Part shown: positions 41,196-51,000 of the stretch, in pieces | Position numbering within the stretch: position 1 is the stretch's first letter | Layout: every line of letters begins with the position of its first letter | Source of the DNA: an uncultured Verrucomicrobiae bacterium | Lineage (GTDB): Bacteria; Verrucomicrobiota; Verrucomicrobiia; Limisphaerales; Palsa-1400 | Length of the DNA stretch: 64,000 nt | Assembly: GCA_963764165.1 (NCBI GenBank) | Contig: CAVXRD010000002.1 | Span: forward strand, 96,001 to 160,000 | Direction: 5' to 3' | The notes under the pieces: generated by a model | Seen by the model: only the letters and a program-made list of their open reading frames with translations | The model's database searches: none | What the model was told of the DNA's origin: nothing | Program-made: the position numbers and the translations under genes

Positions 41196-41846
41196 ATGAA
41201 CAAGCCCATCATCCTGATAATCGAAGACGACGATCTCCAATACGAAATCTACGAGGAAGCGCTCGCCGATTACCAACTCACGCGCGCCATGACCGGAACC
41301 GCCGCCGTGGCCGGCATCGCCCGGCAGCCGCCCGATGTCGTTATCCTCGATCACGTATTGGCCGAAGGCGAACTCGGCCTGGATTTTCTGCCGGAGTTAA
41401 AGGATGTCCTCCCGTTCGTGCCCGTCATCATAGTTTCCGGGGCGATGGAAGTGCATCAGCAGATGAAAGCGCTGCAAGGCCCGCGCCGCGCGCATTTCTG
41501 CCTGCCGAAGCCGGTGGATATCCGCGAATTGAAACAGACGGTGGAAATCGCCCTGCACGAATGCGGCCAGCAGGAAGCCGTGCGGCAATTCACGGCCTTG
41601 GAGCGTTCGCAGCGCGTCGACGCTCTCGAACTCTTCAGCCGCTCGACCGACCGCCTGGCGCGTCAGAACAAGATTTTGTCGCTCGTCTCCTCCGGAGGCG
41701 GCCGCCCGAATATTTCCGCTCTGGCGCGCCAATTCAACGTCGCCCGCCGCACCATCATCCGCGATTTGCAGGAATTAATCCGCCGCGGCCAACTTAGCTC
41801 TACCGCCTATCCAGAGTGGGAAAATCCCAAAATCGACGAACAGTAG
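41196..41846 (+). CDS. Response regulator (receiver + C-terminal HTH)
   Basis: IIEDD, VILD, VSG, KP. HTH LARQFNVARRTIIRDL. Confidence 0.88.
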   Translation: MNKPIILIIEDDDLQYEIYEEALADYQLTRAMTGTAAVAGIARQPPDVVILDHVLAEGELGLDFLPELKDVLPFVPVIIVSGAMEVHQQMKALQGPRRAHFCLPKPVDIRELKQTVEIALHECGQQEAVRQFTALERSQRVDALELFSRSTDRLARQNKILSLVSSGGGRPNISALARQFNVARRTIIRDLQELIRRGQLSSTAYPEWENPKIDEQ

Positions 41847-41923
41847 ATGCGCAGCATGGAGTTGCAGCCTTCGCTGCGGCATCGAGCAAGACCTCCACGG
41901 CGGCGGTTGCGAGATCAATTAGT

Positions 41924-41975
41924 CATATAATCTCCAAAAATCGGTAACATCGGTTACACTGTTGATTATAAAGCA
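41924..41975 (-). repeat. 52-bp imperfect inverted repeat, right copy
   Basis: Reverse complement TGCTTTATAATCAACAGTGTAACCGATGTTACCGATTTTTGGAGATTATATG aligns with 37245-37296. Confidence 0.8.
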
Positions 41976-42218
41976 CTTAAAAGGTAACAAAATGCCGTCA
42001 CAAACCCTCGCACAGAGCCGTCATAAACGCGGTCGATCAATCCCGGCAGGGAGAGACCCCGTCCATCCCTCATATTAAATATTGGCCAGACGCTTGCGCG
42101 CGGGGGCAATGGGGATTTTGTCGCGAAAACCAAGGGTGCAATAGGGTGCAATAGCGTGAAACGCCCCGATCACAGTTTATTCCTAAGCCCCAAATCAGAG
42201 ACTCGGAAATCCGCAAAA

Positions 42219-42281
42219 TGTCAAAGAACACGCCCTGACGGCGACAGTGTCAAAAATAAAGCCGAAAGTTTCCATTGTCAA
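42219..42281 (-). promoter_or_regulatory. Orphan sigma70 promoter followed by a boxA-like antitermination motif
   Basis: Minus strand TTGACA (42281-76)-17 bp-TATTTT (42258-53), then TGTTCTTTGACA (42230-42219). Confidence 0.55.
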
Positions 42282-42509
42282 TTAATGCTGTAATTACACG
42301 TGTATGTGGTATTGGCAAGGACAAGACAAACGAATCGTCGATTGTTCAGGCGGAACCGGTGGCAAAAAGTCGGCGGCGGCGCTGGGGGAGGAGTATTGCG
42401 GTAAACTGAATTGCAATGAATTGATGCGCCTCCTGCATTTATTCTCGACAGTGCGTGCATTTGACAGCCATTGTGCTTAAAGAGTTAGAACAGCTCAAGC
42501 CACAGGCAA

Positions 42510-42964
42510 ATGAACAGCGCAAATCGGAGTCAGTTGAACGATTTTCCTCAAGGTTCCGCCGTCAATTTTGCCACAACCCAATGGACGTCTGTCTTGCGTC
42601 AAAAAGGGCAAGTGAAGACAAGAAGGAATGGGTTCCGTCGCGGCGCGGATGGTTTCTCGGCGGCAAGAAATTCCGGAAGGAACTGCTGGCCCTGATGAGC
42701 GAACGACGCCGTGCCAGCCATTACGGGGAGGATGCAGCGGAGAGCGACCTCGAACGCGCGGAATGCGTGGTGGAATCGGATTTGGGAAGGCTCGGATGGA
42801 AGGAGGCGCAACTGGGCCGACGGCGGAAGGGAGATCCGAAAAAGGTGGCCATCGCCTTGCGCCTGAGGAAAGAATCGGCGATGCCGGTGAAATGGATAGG
42901 GGAGCGGTTAAAGATGGGATCGCCGGGATCATTGTCGAACCTGCTCCGCCAAAAACGCAAATGA
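42510..42964 (+). pseudogene. Chimeric remnant: ECF-sigma-like N-terminus joined to a RAYT/Y1-transposase-like C-terminus
   Basis: The 42510 frame gives FATTQWTSVL. Another frame gives RRGWFLGGKKFRKELL...RRKGDPKKVAIALRLRKE..KWIGERLKMGS. Neither protein is complete. Family assignments are from recall. Confidence 0.55.
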
Positions 42965-43012
42965 CAAAAATCCAAATATGTAATTATGTGGGACTGCCCG
43001 TTGTTTTTACAA

Positions 43013-43108
43013 CTGCCCTCTGCCAAAATCACCCAGATCAAAGAGTTCACGCCAGCGGTCTGGGCCAAAGCGAGAGAGAACAAGCAATCGCTCGTTCAAG
43101 CAGCGTGA
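43013..43108 (+). pseudogene. C-terminal remnant of an IS66-like transposase
   Basis: LPSAKITQIKEFTPAVWAKARENKQSLVQAA-stop matches the IS66 C-terminal LP...I.E..P..W pattern. No upstream body. Confidence 0.5.
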
Positions 43109-43164
43109 GCGCACGAAGGCATTAATGTTTTCCTCGATGCGAGCGAGCCGCAAATACGGCCGAG

Positions 43165-43932
43165 CTACTTTCGCTCGATCATCTTTCGAGGCGTAGGGTC
43201 TGTCGCCGGCTCGTCCATAACTTGCACATTTGGATGAACCAAAGGGATCGCTGCCTTTGAGCCGGCTACGGCCGTGGCAGAATATTCCAAATTGTAACTT
43301 TCGTTTGTATGATAGACTCCCTTCGCATCCTTGTAATCCCAAAAAAAGCTAATTAACCCATTGGTTGTTGTTCCCACAAAGTAGCCGAGATAATTGCTTT
43401 TGGCATCACAGACCTCCACCCGCCAATCTGAATGGGGAGCGGCCACCCGCGCAAATACCCACATTTGGCTACCGGCGACGTTCCACGGAAGAAAAGTAAT
43501 CCAATTCGAAAGAATAATAGAGTTTGTTGCGCTGTAATATAACGGTTCCCCGGAACCGTCATCGGCATCGTCTTCCAAATAAACATCATAAAGGCCATTC
43601 GGACAGTCCTGGGTGTGCCAATGTGCAGAGTAACGGGCAGCAGAGTCTTGGCAGATGCTGACGCTCATAGGCGACCCCGTGCTATGATTTACAATCAGGT
43701 AAATTCGCTTGTCGTTGAAGTTGGACACGTTCACTTTGAATGGCAAACTCACATCACCCTCAAGAATTTCTCCGTTGGTCAAATTAAGGAACTCCAGTGG
43801 CCGCCACCCTGGATGATTCGCTGACAGAGACGTCGCCGGGTGTTTGCAGCCGTTAAGGATTATCCAAAAAAACGATCCCACTACCAGGATGAAAGCTTGC
43901 TTCGCCATCTGACTGAGCCTCTGCGGGTTCAC
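43165..43932 (-). CDS. Hypothetical lipoprotein
   Basis: Hydrophobic signal ending LNGC (lipobox-like), beta-rich body, AT-richer codon usage. Confidence 0.7.
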   Translation of the reverse strand: MNPQRLSQMAKQAFILVVGSFFWIILNGCKHPATSLSANHPGWRPLEFLNLTNGEILEGDVSLPFKVNVSNFNDKRIYLIVNHSTGSPMSVSICQDSAARYSAHWHTQDCPNGLYDVYLEDDADDGSGEPLYYSATNSIILSNWITFLPWNVAGSQMWVFARVAAPHSDWRVEVCDAKSNYLGYFVGTTTNGLISFFWDYKDAKGVYHTNESYNLEYSATAVAGSKAAIPLVHPNVQVMDEPATDPTPRKMIERK

Positions 43933-44471
43933 TCACTAAGGAACCCGCTTTTCGCGCACCTTGTCAATCCGGAAATGGCGGTATCCAACCGGCCAATGTT
44001 GGGCGGGATTCGGACGGGCGGCCGCCCTTGCGCGGCGGCGCAACCGGCCAGAAGCGCGGTTAATGCGTGGCCGCTCAGGCGGATGCATCGCAAGTGTCAC
44101 CCATTAGGGCGTTGTGTCAACAGATAAAACGCTTCCGTCCTCAATTTTCTTATTGAGCTTTTTCTTGGCTGGAAAAGTCTTCTTTACAGGCCGCAATCAA
44201 ACCCTTCATTTCGTTCGCGTGATTCGGTCCTCCGCCTCGGAGGAGGCGATCCAACCCCTTTGGCTGGCTGGCTTCCGCTCTCCCTGAATTCATGTTTTTA
44301 CACCGGGCTTGTGAGAAATTCGGAAGGAGTTGATGTCTTGGTTCACGTGCGCGTGCCTGAGCCCAAAATGAATTTATCTCCAGAACTTGTCCTGAATCGA
44401 ACCGCCCGTTCGTTCTTAGATGGAAGAACAAACCGTTAACGTCCAAATAAATCATTAAAAAAAGACATCCT

Positions 44472-44855
44472 GTGAACACTGAAAAAAAAGAATTCATGCT
44501 CCTGTTTCGCTGCGGCGAATGCGACAATTCATTGTCTCCCGAACAAATGCAAAAAGCCGCCGCCGATTTGGCGGCCTGGCACCGCCAATGCCAGGCCAAT
44601 GGCACCCTTTCCCGCGGCGGCCCGCTCGAACCCACCGGCAAAATCGTTTCCGGCAAAGGCGGCAAAATCGTTTCTGACGGCCCTTTTGCGGAATCGAAGG
44701 AGGTTATCGGCGGATATGTCATGCTGACCGTTCATTCAATGGAAGAAGCAGTTGCAATCGCTCAGCAGTGTCCGGGCTTGATCTTCGGAGGGCACATCGA
44801 AGTTCGTCCGGTGATGGACAAATGTCCAATGACGTCCTGCGATCCGGCGGCTTGA
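44472..44855 (+). CDS. YciI/DGPF-domain protein
   Basis: FMLLFR, DGPFAESKEVIGGY, CP, IEVRP. Confidence 0.9.
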   Translation: MNTEKKEFMLLFRCGECDNSLSPEQMQKAAADLAAWHRQCQANGTLSRGGPLEPTGKIVSGKGGKIVSDGPFAESKEVIGGYVMLTVHSMEEAVAIAQQCPGLIFGGHIEVRPVMDKCPMTSCDPAA

Positions 44856-44937
44856 CCTCGGCTGCGACAGAGATCAAATCATCATATATAATGTCGCAGA
44901 TAAGCGGGCAATGAAATGAGAATCCCATTGACTCTAT

Positions 44938-44972
44938 AAAAAGGGCCGCCGGTCGTCGAGACCGGCCGGCCC
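44938..44972 (-). terminator. Intrinsic terminator after the giant gene
   Basis: Minus strand GC-rich hairpin GGCCGGCCGGTC-TCGAC-GACCGGCGGCC followed by C and T5. Confidence 0.7.
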
Positions 44973-45014
44973 CCGGGTTGGTGTGGGCGAGACGCCATGT
45001 TTCGCTACACCTGA

Positions 45015-48000
45015 TCAGTTCCCCACCCCCACTGAAAAGTATTGGGCCGCTGCGCCATTTGTTGGCACGCTGACCTGGATTGGACCGTTTGTGCCAGTCA
45101 TCAAGCCGCCGTAAGTCACCCAGTTCACCAGATTGCTCGACGAATAGACCTGATAGCTCACTCCCGCGTCACCCTGCCAGCTCAGCAGAAAGTTGCCGCC
45201 GCTTATCGAACCGGCCGGCTGCACCGGCGGTGCAGCGATCGTAAAGGTTACAGGGTTGATGGGGGAGTAGGGCTGACCGGACATGTCCACCACGTTGGAA
45301 CTTATCAAGATTGTGTAAAGGCCGGGCGCCGATTGCGCAGGAAGGAAGACGACCCAGGTGGTCAAATTCATTTGCGTCGCATAGGCTATGTTGGAGTGAA
45401 CCACTGAATCGGGCGTCCTAAGCGCAAAGTTCACGCCGAGCATGGCATTCGGATTCGGCGCTGTATTGAAGTAGAGGGTGACGGAACTCACCGGCCCCGC
45501 CACGACGCCGTTCGGTGAATTGGATACAACGTGCAACGGGCCGAAGTTGGATATAATGATCGAACCGCTGCCTCCGTTCATATAACCGGCTCCGCCCATG
45601 GCCGAAGCTCCGCCTTGGAAGTCCAGCGTGCTGGCAAAAACCGCGATGCGCCCGCCTGCCCCGCCGCCTCCGGTGCCGTATTGGCCGTCGCCCCCGTCAG
45701 CCGCCAGGAAACCGCTGCCGAGCAGGGTTGAGGAACTGACCCAGATGCTGCCGCCGGAGGCGCCGCCGGAATTATCCTGCAAACCCGCCGTTCCTTCTAC
45801 GCTGATTTCCCCATCCAACGTCAGCAAACCGCCGACGTTCAGACGGAGCGCCCCACCGCCTTCGCCTCCGGGAATTGCCGCTCCATAACCGCCGTCGCCG
45901 CCGCCGCCGCTGCCTAAATCTGCCGGCTGGAAGGCCGAGCCGTAACTTGCGCCCCCGGGAGCGCTCGATGAAGCGCCTCCGATGCTGCCATAGCCCGCAC
46001 CACTGCCGCTCGCTCCGGCGCCCGGGCCAGTTCCCTGCGGAAAACCCTCGCCATCGAGAACAATGGCAGCGTCCGCGCCGATGTTTGCGTTGTTCGCCAC
46101 TTCCAAGTCCAGCGGACCGTTCGGCACACTCGTTATATATCCACCTGATAATATGGTCAGGCTGCCCAATGCCGGAAACGCCATGTTCGTTTGCGGGCAA
46201 ACAGCGCCGCCGTTCTGAATCACCAAATTGGCCGGCACGGAGGAGTTGGAGGTGAGCAAAGCGGTGGGAAATCCCAAGGCCGTGGACAACGGTGTCAACG
46301 CGCCGGCCAGCCCGCCGTTATCGATGACAACCTCCTGAATCATGGGCGAAGTCGATGTCAAATAAATTGTACCGGCGCCGCCATCCTGTCCTCCCGTTCC
46401 ACCGCGGGCCGTGATCGCGCCAGTGAAACTCGTGGAAGTGCATTTGATCGAAGTGCGCCCGCCGCCGCCGCCGCCACCCATTCCTTGCGCACCGTTGCCG
46501 CCGTTGGCGGCAATCACGCCATTTCCAGAAATGGAGCCTAAAGTCAAATAGACGGTCCCGCCCGATCCGCCGCCGCCGCCCGACCCGCCGCCATTCTTGC
46601 CATTGGCGGAAATCGAACCGGCGACCAGCAGGTTTCCATTCACTGTCAACTCAAGGAAACCGCCGCCAGCCCCGCCTGTGGAAGTGGTTTCAGATGAACC
46701 GCCGCCGCTGCCCGACAAAGCTGGGAAGTTCGCTGAATAATAAGGCGCGCCGCCGGCGGCCAGATTCGAGATGGAATTGCCGCCGAATCCTCCGTAGCCG
46801 CCACCGCCGCAGGAGGCGCCGGCCACTGTCGATGAGTGTCCGGCGCCAGAGCCGGATCCACCCGGAGATCCACAACCGTCCAAAGTTATGCGCCCGCCAG
46901 CCGCGACGATGGCATTGCCGGAAATTGTGCCAACAAGTCCGTTCGTCACCGTGGTCAGGGTGGAATTCGAGCAGATGGTTAGACTGGCGTAACTCTCCGC
47001 ACCCAGGAGAGACCCGGTCGCGCCATTCGTGATCAAAACCGACGGGCCTGAAACATGCAACGGCGTCACGCCCCCGGTTTGTCCGTCGTTGTCGAGCACC
47101 AATAGCGGAGTCTTTCCGACGGCGCCGTAATAGACTGTGCCTGCCCCTCCAACATTTGCCCCCGCTCCACCATAAGCTGAGATGAGGCCAGTAAATTGGT
47201 TTGAAATGGAATTGATCGCAATGCAACCACCGCCGCCGCCGCCGCCGGTTCCGGCGCCCGGTCCGCCATTCACTTGAATGCGCCCACCGCCGGTGATCGT
47301 GCCGCCCTCCACGACGATGGTCCCGCCCGCACCGCCACCGCCGCCCACGCCACTCCCCGCGCCGCCGTTGGCGGTAAGAGTCCCATCCAATTGCAAAACA
47401 CCGCTGACGTTGACCGTAAAGGCTGCGCCGCCCACCCCGCCATAGGAATAGGATTGGGCCGACCCGCCGCCGCTTCCAGCCGACGTGGGAAGGGTCACAG
47501 TTTCGGAGGAGGCAAAGCCGCCCGCGGCATCAAGAAGCGCGCTCGCACCGCCGTTGCCACCGTGGCCGCCGCCGCCGCATGAATAATCGCTGGCAGATTT
47601 CCCGGCCGATGGCCCGGTGCCGGCGGCGTATCCCAGCGCATCCCCCGTGATGCCGCCGCCTTGTTGAATGGTCGCGTTGGCAAAGGTCAGAGTCAGATTG
47701 CTGGTGTTGCTGACAACGAGCCAGGAATTCGAGTTCACGGTCAAGTTCCCAAACGTCATCGGCGAGGGAACTGTGACTTTCGCCCCATTTGTCAAAGTGA
47801 GGTCCGTCGTGCTGGATCCAGAAACCGACGTCGGCGGGCCGGCAATGCCACCGCTATCCATCAGGAAAAGCGCGTTTTTCCCCGTCGTTTGAATCACTAC
47901 AGTGCCGGCTCCGCCAGGACTGGCGCCGTTTCCGCCATAGGCGGTTACCGCGCCGGAGAACATGTAGCTGGCGCAAGAAATGTAAAGCATCCCGCCCCCG

Positions 48001-51000
48001 CCGCCCCCACCGGTGCCAGGCGTTCCATTGCCGCCATTGGCCCGGATGATTCCAGTTCCCGCCAGGGTCCCGGCCGAAATCCAAATGGCCCCGCCAGACC
48101 CGCCGCCCGACGAATACCCGAATCCATTGGTGCCGTTGGCCGACACCACGCCATCGATTGTCAACGAGCCACCCACAGACAAGCGGACGACTCCGCCGCC
48201 GGTGCCCCCCACCCCCGGTTGCTCCGCGCCACCTCCGCTGCCTGCGTCGATGGGTGAGGTCGGATTGTCATATGCAGCGCCTCCGGCAAGGCTGCCGCTG
48301 TAAGCGCTCCCGCCTGGCCCGCCGTGCCCGCCTCCGCTGGAGTAGTTAGTGGTGTTATATTCTGCTGTTTTGCCAGCTCCTGCTCCTATTCCTCCGAGAT
48401 ACCCTGCCGCGTCAAGCAAAATTCCCCCGCCCGCCTGAATGGTGGCATTCCCGCCAAATGAAATCGAACAGGCTGAGGCGGAGTTGCCCTGCTCAAAAAA
48501 GGTGGGGCCGATCCAGCCGTTGGACGCGATATTCAAGTTTCCAGAGGTGACCGTGCTGTAGCTGCCGGCCGACGCCACGGCGCACCCGCGAATGAACAAA
48601 TCGGTTGACTGATAACTGGCCAGCGGCGTATTTGTCCCCAAATTGCCGCCGTTGTCCAAAATAAGCTGCGCATTTCCAGTTTGGGGCTGAATATAAACCG
48701 TGCCCGCTCCACCATAACTTGCCCCGCTCCCGCCGTAAGCAGTGATGGTCCCGGCAAACGAATTAGTCGTCGGGATCACAGCCACACAACCACCGCCGCC
48801 GCCGCCGCCGATCATGTTGGCTCCTGCGCCGCCGTTGGCCCGAATCGTTCCGACTCCTGCCAGGATGCCAGCCGTGACTTTGACGCCGCCGCCCGAGCCG
48901 CCGCCGCCGCCGCTACCCAGGCCGTTCGCGCCATTGGCGGAGATAACGCCATCCAACTCCAGCAATCCCGAAACTGTAACCAAGACCAACCCGCCGCCCG
49001 CCCCGCCAATGGAGTCGCCTGCCGCGCTGCCTCCTCCACTGCCTCGCTGGCTTGGTGAATTCGCGCTATCGTAGCCAGTTCCGCCAAGAACGCCGCCCAA
49101 ACCGTTCCCTCCTCCGCCGCCGTGCCCTCCTCCGCCGCACGCATAATACGGCTCCGTCTCGCTGCTTCGTCCCTCACCGTTTCCCTGATTGCCGGGGTAT
49201 CCCATGTAATCACCGGTGATCCCGCCGCCCTGCTGAATATTCGCCGTTGCCATCGTCACAGTTGCGACTTGGCTGTTGCTGACAATGAGCCACGAGTTCG
49301 AGGCGATCACCACATTGCCCAGCGTCAGGGAAGTGTTCACAACAGCAGCGGCCCCGTTTCTCAACGTCAAATCAACCAAGCCTAAGTTGGCCAGGCTGGT
49401 GGCGGGGGTGGCGATTCCACCGTTGTCAAGAATCAGTTTCGGATTCTGTCCGGGCACTTGCAGGGCATAAGTGCCCGCGCCGCCGGGATTCGCGCCCGTT
49501 CCGCCGAAAGCTGTCACGAGGCCGCTGAACGCATTTGTCGCGCACGAAATGTAGATCATTCCACCACCACCCCCACCGCCCAAATTCGGCGCGCCGCTGC
49601 CGCCGTTGGCAGTGATCGAACCCGCGCCCGCCAGGGATCCAGCCGTCAGCCAGATGCTCCCGCCCGAGCCGCCGCCGCCCGTCAGGCCGCCCCCATTCCC
49701 GCCATTGGCCGAAATAATGCCATCCAGTTCGAGAGTGCCGTTCACGGTGAACTTAATAATGCCGCCGCCCGCGCCGCCGACTGATTGCGCGGTAACATAT
49801 GCTCCGCCGCTACCAGCCTGGCTGGGCGCAAGCGGGGTATCATACACCGGTCCACCAATGGCATAATTTTGGTACGAGTTGCCACCCGGCCCGCCGTGGC
49901 CGGCACCGCTGCCAAAATTGGTCGCTCCCAATGCATAATTGCGCCCTTCTCCCGGTCCTTGGCCCCGCGCATATCCCGCGAGGTCCGCCACAATTCCGCC
50001 GCCAGCGGATATCGTGGCGCTCCCCGTCACGGTAAAATTAATGGCCGCGCTCGGTGACGTGCTATTCACATTGGCCGCGCCCAGCCAGCCGTTGGGTTGA
50101 ATGTAGACATTCCCAAACGTCACGGAATTCGCCGTTGTTCCAATCGAGCCATTGCGGACAATCAAATTTCCGCCAGATACGGTTTGGATCGGAGTGTTTG
50201 TCCCAAGATTGCCAGCGTTATCCAGCAACAATTGCGGAGCCGCGCCGGACACGGCGGTGTAAATCGTTCCCGCGCCGCCGTAACCGTTGCCCGTGCCGCC
50301 GGCCGCCGCGACAGTCCCCGAAAATGAATTTTGCGTGAGGCTCAAAGAAATCCGGCCGCCTCCACCACCGCCACCCGTCGGATCGCCCGCCGCGCCGCCA
50401 TTGGCCAGGATTTGCCCGGTTCCAACGAGTGTGGCGCCTGTCACTGAAATCGTTCCCCCGGATCCTCCGCCGGTGCCCGCGCCGGTGCCCGGCAAACCGT
50501 TGGCGGAAAGATTGCCATCCACTTGCAGTATTCCGCCGTAGGCTGTCAACACAATGCATCCCCCGCCTTTTCCGCCGAAGGACCCAGATTGGTTCCCGCC
50601 TCCACCACTGCCGAAGTTATTCGGAGACGTCTGGCTGCCGTAGGCCGCGCCGCCGCCGTTTTCCACGGGATACGCAGCCCCGCCGTTGCCGCCATACCCG
50701 CCGCCAGAACAAATCAAGCCGTTCGCCTGCGAGTAAACCACGCCCGCCCCTGGCCCCTGTCCAGCGAGACTACCCTGCCCGTCCGCCGTCATGCTGCCGC
50801 CCCGCGCAATTTCTACTAACCCGTAGAATGTCAGATTTAACACCTGCGAGATAATAGTCGTGCTGGCAGTCACAGTGACCAGGCCGTTGGAATTGATCAG
50901 CAAGTTTTTCAACTGCCAGTTTCCAATCGGGACAAGCGCCGCGCTGCCTTGCACAATTACGCTCACACCAGTGTCGTCGATGCCAGCGGTCGATTTCGCT

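Noticed and set aside
42455..42964. Intact 169-aa gene
   Set aside because: Only the C-terminal part looks like real protein. The catalytic transposase domain is absent, so it is treated as a remnant.
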